DNA of 63,617 nucleotides, the filler included, from Octopus bimaculoides (Eukaryota), in NCBI RefSeq assembly GCF_001194135.2. It is 6 parts of 6 records of this genome, joined end to end, with 100 filler letters (N's around TTAATTAATTAA, not from the genome) between each part and the next. Parts side by side here need not be neighbours in the genome. Positions count along the whole stretch, not along the records: positions 49,382 to 56,953 come from NC_069001.1; positions 57,054 to 60,870 come from NC_068993.1; positions 60,971 to 63,617 come from NC_069009.1; 3 more parts are not named here. One strand, written 5' to 3'. The translations under genes were made by a program, and so were the position numbers. A model generated the notes under the pieces. That model saw only the letters and a program-made list of their open reading frames with translations, did no database searches and was not told the origin of the DNA. Below, piece after piece: positions 52,045 through 63,617 of this stretch. Numbering within the stretch: position 1 is the first letter of the stretch; every line of letters begins with the position of its first letter.

Positions 52045-52914
52045 CATACATACATGCATACATACATACATACATACATACATACATGTATATATTATAT
52101 ATATACACACACACACACATGCATCATAGTTTATAAATACATTGCTGAGGAGTGCTCCATCTTCAAACGTTCAAAATCATCTCCCATGAGAACTGAAAGT
52201 GCTATTAATACTAGTTATAATAATTATTTAGGAAGAAAGAGAAAAGAATGAGATGTGATAAAGGCTTGGATAACTATTAACTGTACAGCAGGAATCCACA
52301 ACTTTTTATAATTGGCCCAGTTTTGATTTCTTTTTTACATTTATCCATGGCCTAGACGTTTATTCTGCTATATCTCACAAATAAAAATATCCCAACGTAG
52401 ACCCACCCCTCCTTCATTTCCATCACTGCTAATGCTTATGCAAGTGAAGATTAAATTAATCTTGACACAGAAGACTATCTAAAAGCCATCAACTGCTCCA
52501 CTGGCCCTCTATATGTTAAATATGAAATATCTTTAGAATAAATCAGAGGCCCACGGGGACCACCCTAGTGAGCTGTATGTGGGCCGCGGTTTCACCACCT
52601 TCCAACCCTCACAACCTGGTATACAGTATTGACAAAAGAAAGAAGACAGAGAATCGAACCTGGAATGAAGTAAACGCCGTTGTATCAAAAAGCTAAAACA
52701 AAAACAACACAGTTTACCTATGTTCCACAAAAGGAAAGAGAGAAGAGAATGATAGAAAAGCCTCGAGGGTTTAAAAAATATATCACGTTTGTGACTATTT
52801 TTGAACAGATTCAGTGGATGACAGGAGTGTGAAGTTTTTGATATAAACAACAAAAACAACAAACTTAAGAAAAAGCAAAAGAAACCGACGCCGATTCTCC
52901 AAATCCAATCTATC

Positions 52915-53512
52915 ACCGGCGCAGTGCCAAAAAATGTGACAGTGGATGATTTGAACATCAGACTCCTGGCTCAGCTGCCTGGTGAGTATTGCAGCTAGAA
53001 GTCAATTGACTCTGTGCTCAACTCTGATGAATTTGTGAACTATCCCTGTGAATTTTTGAATAGCCCGGCACCAGCAGGCCTTCCACCTCACAGTTCGCAC
53101 CTCAAGACTGGAGCACCAGTGATGCTTTTAAGAGACCTTGACCCACCCAAACTTTGCAATGGCACACGACTTACAATGAATATGATGCCAAGAGTCTTAG
53201 AGGCAACCATTATTACTGGCAAAGCAAGTGGTGAGGTTATCTTCATACCAAGAATTCCGCTGATTCCTTCTGACATGCCATTTGAGTTCAAGCGACTGCA
53301 ATTTCTTGTAAAACTGAGTTTTGCAATGACCATAAACAAGGCTCAGGGACAGTCCTTGGAGGTGGTAGTCCTAAACTTTGCTGAACCTGTTTTTTTTCCA
53401 TGGCCAATTGTATGTAGGATGCTTTAGAGTTGGCAATCCAAATCATTTGTTTATTCATGCTCCATAGGGCAAGATCAAACATGTAGTATACCAAGAGGCT
53501 CTGCAAAATTGA
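52915..53512 (+). mobile_element. Helitron RepHel C-terminal PIF1-like helicase fragment (pseudogene)
   Basis: PKNVTVDDLNIRLLAQLPGE..*KSIDSV..VNYPCEFLNS...LKTGAPVMLLRDLDPPKLCNGTRL...PRIPLIPSDMPFEFKRLQF.VKLSFAMTINKAQGQSL, then after a frameshift HGQLYVGCFRVGNP..VVYQEAL. Confidence 0.95.
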
Positions 53513-54686
53513 TAATAATCAACAATCAATCGTTTCATAGTCGCACATCGCCAATACTATCATCCGTCCAATCAATCAATCAATTTTAGGATTCAACTGT
53601 ATTACTCGCCAGTATTTGAAAATCTATCCCACGTCACCGTGTATTTGTAAATCTATTTGTAATCTAAACGGGAACTGAACAGGGAACGGGATGAGACATG
53701 AAACAGTGTAATGAGAACGGGAACTAGAAATAACTCCGCTTTTCCGTATTCAGCTCGTATATATAACTATTTATCTATTCTTTCCGTGTTAATTGTTAAC
53801 AAGGGAAAAATACACACATCTATATATATATATATATAGCAGCTAAAAAAGCTGAGAATCCCACAGATAGCATCACTTGTAACTCACAAAGGCAAAAACA
53901 AGAACAAGTGAAGCAAATATTTGCTGATCCCTTAATTATATTTATAAATATATATGAGCTTTTAAATAAGTTCTCCACCAATAATGGTGCTTTCATACCG
54001 ATGGGCTTGGTAAAAATTGTTAATTGTTAATTGATTTATTAATTAATAAATTGATAATCCTNNNNNNNNNNNNNNNNNNNNNNNNNNNNNNNNNNNNNNN
54101 NNNNNNNNNNNNNNNNNNNNNNNNNNNNNNNNNNNNNNNNNNNNNNNNNNNNNNNNNNNNNNNNNNNNNNNNNNNNNNNNNNNNNNNNNNNNNNNNNNNN
54201 NNNNNNNNNNNNNNNNNNNNNNNNNNNNNNNNNNNNNNNNNNNNNNNNNNNNNNNNNNNNNNNNNNNNNNNNNNNNNNNNNNNNNNNNNNNNNNNNNNNN
54301 NNNNNNNNNNNNNNNNNNNNNNNNNNNNNNNNNNNNNNNNNNNNNNNNNNNNNNNNNNNNNNNNNNNNNNNNNNNNNNNNNNNNNNNNNNNNNNNNNNNN
54401 NNNNNNNNNNNNNNNNNNNNNNNNNNNNNNNNNNNNNNNNNNNNNNNNNNNNNNNNNNNNNNNNNNNNNNNNNNNNNNNNNNNNNNNNNNNNNNNNNNNN
54501 NNNNNNNNNNNNNNNNNNNNNNNNNNNNNNNNNNNNNNNNNNNNNNNNNNNNNNNNNNNNNNNNNNNNNNNNNNNNNNNNNNNNNNNNNNNNNNNNNNNN
54601 NNNNNNNNNNNNNNNNNNNNNNNNNNNNNNNNNNNNNNNNNNNNNNNNNNNNNNNNNNNNNNNNNNNNNNNNNNNNNNNNNNNNNN

Positions 54687-54748
<62 letters not shown>

Positions 54749-55714
54749 GATGTGTGTGTGTGTGTGTGTGGATGTGTACGTGTGTGTGTGGATGTGTACG
54801 TGTGTGTGTGTATGTATACGTATACATAAAATCTTACATGTATCTTGCTTAGATTATCTGAACGGTAGGAATTAATTTGCGCTTCAATTTCTTTGTTTGC
54901 TTCATTGATCCACCATAATTAGATTTCAAAAATAAATAAACAACACACTATAAAAATTAAAAAATAAAATAAAGTATACATACAGACATATATACATACG
55001 CATACATATATGCATACTTAATAGATATATTCAGATGTTCATACATACACACATAGGTATATACATGTATACTTACATACTTACAGATACATACATGTGT
55101 TCACACACAGATACGCACTATCACATATAGAGACTCAATAAATAATTGCACCTGCAAACACTCGAACGTGCACACACAAGTACACAAATACACATACAAC
55201 ACACGCAAAAAACGTTAACAACACACACCAAAAATAATCATGTTAAAGAATAATGAAAACCAAGAATGCAAAAAATGAACGAAAAAATAAAAACAAAGCA
55301 TATGTCGGCCATCAATCAAGATCGAACCTACTTCTACATGTCTGGATTTAACCAACTTAAATGTTTATCTTACGTTGATAAAAGAACGTTTTTATTTTTA
55401 TTGTTGTTAGTATATGTGTTAGGGCTTTTTTCTGATATGAAAAAAAGAAATCTCAAAGGCTAACGCCATTTCTATGACAGGTGATTCCGTTTTCACCTGT
55501 AACCTAGTAATTAACTCAGTATAAAATAAAATAGAACGAAAATCAAAAATAAAATATCGGCTAACGTACTCACGTACCTGGTTCTTGTAGTCTTTTATTT
55601 GTTTATTTTATATTTTGTAGTTTGTTTAGATAGAAAAGAGAGCAACTATCATATAATTTTCGCTGGTTAGAGGGTAAAGAGAAAGAGAGTAAGAACGAAG
55701 AGAACGATATACGT

Positions 55715-55768
<54 letters not shown>

Positions 55769-55777
55769 ACACACATA

Positions 55778-55810
<33 letters not shown>

Positions 55811-55922
55811 ATATATATACATATATAAATCTATGTATGTATGCATGCATATAAATATATATATATATTATGTCTCTATGTGCATATGTATGCATTTCTG
55901 CATGTGTAATGCTCATATATAT

Positions 55923-55964
<42 letters not shown>

Positions 55965-56384
55965 ATATATATCATATGCAGAGAGAGGGAGAGAGAGAGA
56001 CAAATGGTGGAAGGAGAGAGATTAAGGGAAAGATAGCAAAACTGACAAAAAGAAAGAGAACGATTATAAATGAGTGAAGGCAGTTCGTATTTAGGGCGTG
56101 ACAAAATAATTTACAAGGAGAAAGATGGGAACGAACGAAAAGAAGAAATGGAAAAATAAATTCGAAATTTGTAAAATAAAGGATAAAACAAAACAATGAA
56201 AAGGATTAACAAGAAATAACAACAGGAAGAAAGACGAAAACAAAAAGAATAAGAATAAGAAAAGTGTTTTGACGTAAAAGTCTAAAACAAATAGAGGCAA
56301 ATTAAAGGGAAAGAATAAAAAGGAAAGAAAAATTAGGATGGAATAAAGAAATATAAAAAAAACTGTAAGAAAGGAGAAAGAATG

Positions 56385-56386
56385 AG

Positions 56387-56457
<71 letters not shown>

Positions 56458-56520
56458 GACAATAACAATAATAACAACAACAACGACGACGACGTCAGCA
56501 ACAACAACAACAATAATAAG
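56385..56520. repeat. (AAT)n/(AAC)n microsatellite
   Basis: Read directly. Confidence 0.95.
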
Positions 56521-56953
56521 CATATATTACTTCTTTATATTCTTCCCGATTCCATTTAGTTCTTCTACATTTTTGATTTTATAGTCGTTGTGGTGGTGAA
56601 GAAAAAGAAAACCTAATAATAATAATAATAATAAACGGAAAGAAGATAAAGGAAAAGAAGGGTGATTATATGTTTGTATACCACAAGTACAGCACAAACA
56701 ATAAAAAACACTCAGACAATATATATATACACTGTGGTGTAATTCCTGTTAGTGAGGCAGAAACTCCTTGATATTTTGGGTATTTGAGTATATATAAAAA
56801 TTTAAGGAATGGAGTAAACGCATGTTATAACTGCATACGTTATTCCGACATATGTTTCAAAGAATTACAATTTATGTGATCCATAGGAATCGTCGATGTT
56901 AAAAATGTAAACTTCTCCTCAGGGAATGTATGAGAACCATCTTAAACGTGGTC

Positions 56954-57053
56954 NNNNNNNNNNNNNNNNNNNNNNNNNNNNNNNNNNNNNNNNNNNNTTA
57001 ATTAATTAANNNNNNNNNNNNNNNNNNNNNNNNNNNNNNNNNNNNNNNNNNNN
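56954..57053. other. Artificial scaffold join (44N-TTAATTAATTAA-44N)
   Basis: Same 100-bp structure. Confidence 0.95.
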
Positions 57054-57096
<43 letters not shown>

Positions 57097-57319
57097 GTAT
57101 TTGTGGGACTGATAAGATTGATGTTACATGCAAGTCAAAATTTCATCCATGCAACACACATGTGCAATGTTGATTCCGCATGAGAATTACATTAAAGGTG
57201 CTTGTGGTTCCGGAATACCCAACTAATTCACCAAATAACTCCTTGAGTTCCTAAAACAGTTGAACACTGATTTCCTAATCGAGGAAAATCCATTTACTTC
57301 ATTCCACACGCATGTCTAC

Positions 57320-57322
<3 letters not shown>

Positions 57323-57390
<68 letters not shown>
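57323..57390. repeat. (TCTA)n microsatellite
   Basis: Read directly. Another copy is at about 60249-60303. Confidence 0.95.
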
Positions 57391-57391
<1 letters not shown>

Positions 57392-57599
57392 CTCCTCTTT
57401 CCATCCCTCTCTCTTTATGCATACATTATATATGTATGGATATATATATTTATATATGCGCAGTATGCTAATTTACCCAACCCGCACACCACACAGCGAT
57501 AAGTCACTGTTATATAAGCAAATTTTCTACGCTTACATTTGGAGAGAAAAGCCAAGCGCTCCGTCTTCTCGGATGATCAATCAACTATTACGGCCTGTT

Positions 57600-58200
57600 C
57601 CCCAATTCCTCTTACGACACACGACCTTCTTTATTCTAATCTGTAAGCCATCTCTGCTTTCCATGCAATATTCTACACTGAATTTTCACGTTCGAAGATG
57701 TGCTTATTTACGTCCCACTCTGATTGAAACTCATGTCTTCCACCGGGCTATCGGTGACAAAAATCTCCAACTATTCTGATTCAAAGTCTGCCTTCTTAAC
57801 TCCCCTAAATACAGTTAGTTCATCTACCTTTTTACGAACTCCTCCGACCACCAACTCTTCCCTTCTTTCCGTTTCTTCATCGAGGACATCCATCACATTT
57901 TAGCTTTTCTCTGGAATGGCGTTTCTCTAACATCACTTCAATGCTCGTAACGCTTCTTACCTCTTAAACTCACTCTATACAGATACAACAAATATGCGCT
58001 TTGATCCCTTTCTCAATCTCTACAAAAACCAACACTGCCTCTGCGAATATTCGACAGTCTGACCATGGCTACCCATCACACAATTACATACTATGCAACG
58101 CCACCAAGTTCTTACCGTACGGCATTTCAAGTCAGCTGACTAACGGATCTCCGCCTCCTCTATTCTATTTATCCGTCTCTTGGGTTGGTGGCCTCCGGTA
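57600..58200 (+). mobile_element. Decayed LINE APE endonuclease fragment (CR1/L2-like)
   Basis: C-rich sense strand. Residual HFNARN (GDFN-like) and SDH motifs in the expected order. Confidence 0.45.
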
Positions 58201-58292
58201 AGGCCTCTTTGCCGCTGTTGTATTGATGCTGTTCGATTAACTCTAGTGTACTCCTAGTTTCATCTAGTAACAGAAACATGAAGTATTGATGA

Positions 58293-58530
58293 AAGGCGGT
58301 GAGCTGGCAGAAGCGTTAGCACGCCGGGCGAAATGCTTAGCGGTATTTCGTCTGCCGTTACGTTCTGAGTTCAAATTCCACCGAGGTCGACTTTGCCTTT
58401 CATCCTTGTCCGGCTCGATAAATTAAGTACCAGTTACGCACTGGGGTCGATATAATCGACTTAACCCGTTTGTCTGTCCTTGTTTGTCCCCTCTATGTTT
58501 AGCCCCTTGTGGGCAATAAAGAAATAAGAA
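58293..58530 (+). mobile_element. SINE family A, apparently full length and little diverged
   Basis: ggcggtgagctggcagaagcgttagc (A-box-like) ... gagttcaaattcc (B-box-like), core, and A-rich tail aataaagaaataag. Confidence 0.92.
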
Positions 58531-59194
58531 GTGTTAAGAGGCAGAATCGTTGTAACGATTGCACAAATAGGTTACTAGCGAAAGTAGCCATGAGTGAGTC
58601 CTTGCATGACCGCGCGAATTGCAAGAAATAGCAACCAGATTTTCATCAAACCATACTCTTTACAACTTTAAAAAAGTAAAGGATATTGTATAATATGATT
58701 CTAGACGTAATCATAAAAGAAAAATAATGAATGGTGAAACACAATTACTTTCTCGAGTGTGTCAACGAGTACTAGCGCAAATTCACAGCAGGTCATCCGC
58801 AGAAAGACGTTTTATTAGGTTAGTCTATTGCGTTTGGGGTGGCGACCGGGGTAGGAGTTTGGGGGTTGGTGAATGTAAGACATCTACGGTTTCAGATATT
58901 TCGTTAGCAAACACGTACAACACGACTTTGTGATTTGTCCACCTAAGTGAGAATAGAACTTGTATGCAAATAGTTTAAGCTAAACAATCAGACTCCAACA
59001 GAAGGACAAACAAATAGATAAATGGAACGACGCGCATACGCGCGCGCGTGTAGGTATGTGTGTGTGTGTATGTATGTGCAAGTGTGTGTGTGTGTATGCT
59101 CGTTTGAATTCACAAACAAGAGTTTACAAAGAAAAGGAAAAAAGTACTCAATACGGAAACAGAGTGTAATTATTTGTTTTAGAGCCAGACTTAC

Positions 59195-59230
<36 letters not shown>

Positions 59231-59330
59231 CACCACCACCACCACCACCACCACCACCACTACTACTAATGCAGGTGTATGTACGCATATATACATACAT
59301 CCACACATATATATATACATGTTTATATAT

Positions 59331-59377
<47 letters not shown>

Positions 59378-59475
59378 ATGCAAATAAACTGCTTGGGTTG
59401 GCTTTACAAAATATACATACACCTATACATGTAAATAAAGAGAAAGCAAATATTGAACGTTTTCANNNNNNNNNN

Positions 59476-59516
<41 letters not shown>

Positions 59517-59620
59517 ATGCAAATAAACTGCTTGGGTTGGCTTTACAAAATATACATACACCTATACATGTAAATAAAGAGAAAGCAAATATTGAACGTT
59601 TTCAGACGACGAATATTCAA

Positions 59621-59659
<39 letters not shown>

Positions 59660-60129
59660 CTATTTGGTTATTTCACCCCCATTAAAAAGTTGGCTGACTT
59701 CTGTCAGTCCGCAAAACGAATTTTATTTATATGAAAATTGTTTAACCCTCAATAAAACAAAAACAAAAAAAAATCAAAAATTAATAAACATGAAAATTGA
59801 AAAAATTAAACATCGTCTTGAATCTGATGAGATTTTTATAACAAATCACACCATTCCTATTGAGGAGGCCAAACGTCGACAATATCTTGAAGTATTGAAT
59901 CAAAAGGATCGAACACTTTTAATCCAATCTCTTGTAACCACATTAACAGGATTTTTTAGTGAGGAGATAATCCAATTTTTTAATGGCAATTTTTTAATGG
60001 TAATTTAAGTACCTAGTTTCTCATGTTCTCGTTTTTCATGTTGTTTTTTGACGTCCTGTACCCATATATGCATGTGTATTTGCATATATATGTAAGTATT
60101 AACTCACTCTCTCCATCAAATCGACTTTG

Positions 60130-60247
60130 TCTGAACAGGTGTACAGTGTACCTCATGTCAGATGTCGAAATGATCTCAGAGCAACGTGAAATGAAGAATT
60201 TTGCTCAAGAGCACAACTCGCTGCTCAGTCTGGGAATCGAACCCACG

Positions 60248-60248
<1 letters not shown>
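60130..60248 (-). mobile_element. Partial tRNA-derived SINE
   Basis: Minus strand gatcgtgggttcgattcccagactgagc..gagttgtgctcttgagcaaaa, related to the 33443 head. Confidence 0.6.
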
Positions 60249-60304
<56 letters not shown>

Positions 60305-60325
60305 GCTAGCTAGCTAGCTGGCTAG

Positions 60326-60381
<56 letters not shown>

Positions 60382-60708
60382 GCGCATCACTAATCCAAAG
60401 AAACTGGTGTTGGTCTGTAACGGCAAAGCTTCTAGCATTTAGTTAAATCACCAAAAAGAATACCGTGAAACGGCCGTAGGCACTTCCCTCGCTGGATTTT
60501 CTAGTTTCCAAGACAATTATATACATACATACACACACGCACGCATACACACGTACGTACGTACGTTTGTATGTATGTATGTATTTCATTATTCAGTTTT
60601 ATTTCAAAATTTCTTGCCAATAGAGAAAGAGTCGGTTTCTAATCTAGATCCAGGATTTAATTTTCAAAATGCTGGCCGGCGTGCTAACGATTCTTCCAGC
60701 TCACCGCC

Positions 60709-60787
<79 letters not shown>

Positions 60788-60870
60788 TAACACCGGTATT
60801 ATTTCACCCAAGAATAACAACCGAGAAGTACGTACTGTAAGCTTGTTAAGAAAAAAATACGAAGATATGA

Positions 60871-60970
60871 NNNNNNNNNNNNNNNNNNNNNNNNNNNNNN
60901 NNNNNNNNNNNNNNTTAATTAATTAANNNNNNNNNNNNNNNNNNNNNNNNNNNNNNNNNNNNNNNNNNNN
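60871..60970. other. Artificial scaffold join (44N-TTAATTAATTAA-44N)
   Basis: Same 100-bp structure. Confidence 0.95.
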
Positions 60971-61190
60971 GACCCTTTGAATTACAAGCAGAACAGAAAC
61001 AAGAAGAAAGAGTGAGAGAAAGTCGTGGTGAAAGAGTACAGCAGGGTTCGCCACCATCCCCTGCCGGAGCCTCGTGGAGCTTTTAGGTGTTTTCGCTCAA
61101 TAAACACTCACAACACCCGGTCTGGGAATCGAAACCGCGATCCTATGACTGCAATTCCGCTGCCCTAACCACTGGGCCATTATGCCTCCA
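60971..61190 (-). mobile_element. SINE family D (truncated by the join)
   Basis: Matches 4955-5172. Confidence 0.88.
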
Positions 61191-61626
61191 CACCACAACA
61201 GCATATGCAGTGTGAAACCTACTTGATAACCTCTCAGAGATTTCCCCTTCAGCATTGAAATCAGCCAGATCTGGTCTCTTACACCTACCCTACAATGTCA
61301 TTATAAAAATAGACAGTCACACCATCGAAATCTCAAAGCTACAAAATAATGCATGATTAATTGAAGAAAATACAAACAAGATTTGTCGTGTCATCCTCCA
61401 CAGACTTCCGCCAAGCAGCTCATTTTAAGATAGATGTGCGAGTAAAATTACTAAGAGAGAAACAAAAGTAAACTTTGGGAACAGCAACGCCACCATAGGT
61501 TACATTGACACCAGTACTCAACTGGTATTTATTTCATTGCTCCCCCCCACCACCACCACCACCACCATATGAGAGTGTCTCATAAAGCGAGATTTTATAT
61601 CTTAATTTGCAGAGGAATTTGTAGTG

Positions 61627-61700
61627 GGTAGTTTAGCTTAATCGGTCAAAGCATCGTGACATGTAATCACGGGGATGTGAGTTCGTGTCCACAGCTAGCC
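61627..61700 (+). pseudogene. tRNA-Thr(UGU)-like pseudogene or solitary tRNA-derived head
   Basis: The cloverleaf is readable: acceptor GGTAGTT/AGCTAGC (one mismatch), D stem GCTT/AAGC, anticodon stem CGTGA/TCACG with loop CATGTAA, T arm GTGAG-TTCGTGT-CCAC (one base missing). The invariant U33 is changed to A. Confidence 0.55.
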
Positions 61701-62465
61701 ACCTACACTTTTCTCTGCAAAATAGGGGTAGTTTATCCTGTTCAGGCTATATTATTAGCATTATTCTGCAATTGAGAATTTNNNNNNNNNNNNNNNNNNN
61801 NNNNNNNNNNNNNNNNNNNNNNNNNNNNNNNNNNNNNNNNNNNNNNNNNNNNNNNNNNNNNNNNNNNNNNNNNNNNNNNNNNNNNNNNNNNNNNNNNNNN
61901 NNNNNNNNNNNNNNNNNNNNNNNNNNNNNNNNNNNNNNNNNNNNNNNNNNNNNNNNNNNNNNNNNNNNNNNNNNNNNNNNNNNNNNNNNNNNNNNNNNNN
62001 NNNNNNNNNNNNNNNNNNNNNNNNNNNNNNNNNNNNNNNNNNNNNNNNNNNNNNNNNNNNNNNNNNNNNNNNNNNNNNNNNNNNNNNNNNNNNNNNNNNN
62101 NNNNNNNNNNNNNNNNNNNNNNNNNNNNNNNNNNNNNNNNNNNNNNNNNNNNNNNNNNNNNNNNNNNNNNNNNNNNNNNNNNNNNNNNNNNNNNNNNNNN
62201 NNNNNNNNNNNNNNNNNNNNNNNNNNNNNNNNNNNNNNNNNNNNNNNNNNNNNNNNNNNNNNNNNNNNNNNNNNNNNNNNNNNNNNNNNNNNNNNNNNNN
62301 NNNNNNNNNNNNNNNNNNNNNNNNNNNNNNNNNNNNNNNNNNNNNNNNNNNNNNNNNNNNNNNNNNNNNNNNNNNNNNNNNNNNNNNNNNNNNNNNNNNN
62401 NNNNNNNNNNNNNNNNNNNNNNNNNNNNNNNNNNNNNNNNNNNNNNNNNNNNNNNNNNNNNNNNN

Positions 62466-62752
62466 GTTTGAAAACCCCTGGTTTATACATAATGTAAAAA
62501 TATGTTATTTTAAGCAAATATTTATGTATAAATTTCATAAGCGTTTATAAGGGGATCCCAAAGGTAAAGCCTGAAATATAAAGGGGTCTGCAAGTCAAAA
62601 AGTTTGAAAACCCCTGGTTTATACATAATGTAAAAATATGTTATTTTAAGCAAATATTTATGTATAAATTTCATAAGCGTTTATAAGGGGGTCCCTAAGG
62701 TAAAGCCTGAAATATAAAGGGGTCCGCAAGTCAAAAAGTTTGAAAACCCCTG
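62466..62752. mobile_element. hAT (Charlie/Buster-like) non-autonomous element end, tandemly iterated in 136-bp units
   Basis: gtttgaaaacccctg (reverse complement CAGGGGTTTTCAAAC) at 62466, 62602 and 62738. The last copy is followed by CTCTAGAT, which fits the NTCTAGAN target preference. Confidence 0.8.
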
Positions 62753-63421
62753 CTCTAGATATATGTGTGGCTAAGAATTTGGGGCCCAATTTTTGCATTA
62801 AGTTTGTGAGTGTGTGTGTGTGTGTGTAGACAAGAATGAATGTGTTCATCAGTGCGTATATGTATGCACATGGTAGCTGCATCTGCTCGTATAGACACAT
62901 AATTTAAATACAATCACAGCTAATACACAGATACGTAAATTCACTTATCTGTACGTACACACACACACACACACACACACAGATGCCTTCATACACACAC
63001 ACACAGATGCATTCATATACACACACACAATCAATGAAATTTCTGTACATTTTGATAATGACTGTTATCAATCTGTTTATTATTATCAAGATGGTAGAAC
63101 TCAGCCTTTTTATTTTTTTTTGTTGCTAAACGTTATCAGCCAGTTATTTAAAAAAATACGTCGTTCTTAAGAATTGAGTGTGTTTGTGTGTGTGTGTGTA
63201 TATGTGAACTGATTCAAGTTTCATGCACAGATAGTGCAGTAATCAGACAGGCTTGCTTAGAACACCATACACTGTCCTGCAATTATTTAAGCCCAATAAA
63301 TATTGCTACTCCCAGAGAAAATAAGAGAGTAATACATGAAAATGACTGAAGGGGGGAAAAGAGGGTGTCGTGTCCCTTTGATCGGTTAGAAGCAAAATAG
63401 TATTAAAATTTAGAGTTTAGG

Positions 63422-63575
63422 CGCAGGAGTGGCTGTGTGGTAAGTAACTGGCTTACCAACCACATGGTTCCAGGTTCAGTCCCACTGCGTGACACCTTGG
63501 GCAAGTGTCTTCTACTATAGCCTCGGGCCGACCAAAGCCTTGTGAGTAGACGGAAACTGAAAGAAGCTCGTCGCA
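63422..63575 (+). mobile_element. SINE family B head and core running into (TA)n
   Basis: gcaggagtggctgtgtggtaag...ggttcagtcccactgcgt...cggaaactgaaagaagc. Confidence 0.9.

Positions 63576-63617
<42 letters not shown>

Noticed and set aside
59336-59605. Direct duplication of (AG)n plus ~90 bp on both sides of a 10-N gap
   Set aside because: The copies are identical and straddle a minimal gap, which points to an unmerged contig overlap.
9821-62538. Long ORFs in the track that consist mostly of X (e.g. 18439-19905, 54024-54875, 61685-62497)
   Set aside because: They are open only because N runs contain no stops.

Overview
AT-rich, microsatellite-dense animal genomic DNA. The repeat landscape looks octopod/coleoid to me, which is an inference I cannot verify here. 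The window is not one continuous contig: five identical 100-bp joins (44 N + TTAATTAATTAA + 44 N) split it into six segments. The only host gene I can confidently identify is menin (MEN1). Two coding exons lie on the minus strand (21862-21710 and 12870-12686), splice in frame, and align without gaps to human menin G149-Q261 (human sequence recalled from memory). The other MEN1 exons are not visible. Almost everything else is transposon-derived: several tRNA-derived SINE families, RTE, Hero/R2-group, R4-like, CR1-like and Penelope-like retroelement remnants, a mariner fragment, Helitrons and a hAT end. The most interesting structures are: (1) a palindromic tRNA-headed, Penelope-tailed SINE with a hammerhead-like core; (2) a long-TIR foldback element with a telomere-like (CCCTAA) core; (3) a complete non-autonomous Helitron carrying a telomere-like array and a decayed small ORF behind a splice acceptor; (4) a near-perfect 80-bp local inverted duplication. 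No CRISPR array, rRNA or intact tRNA gene was found. I did not find a clearly new multi-gene system.
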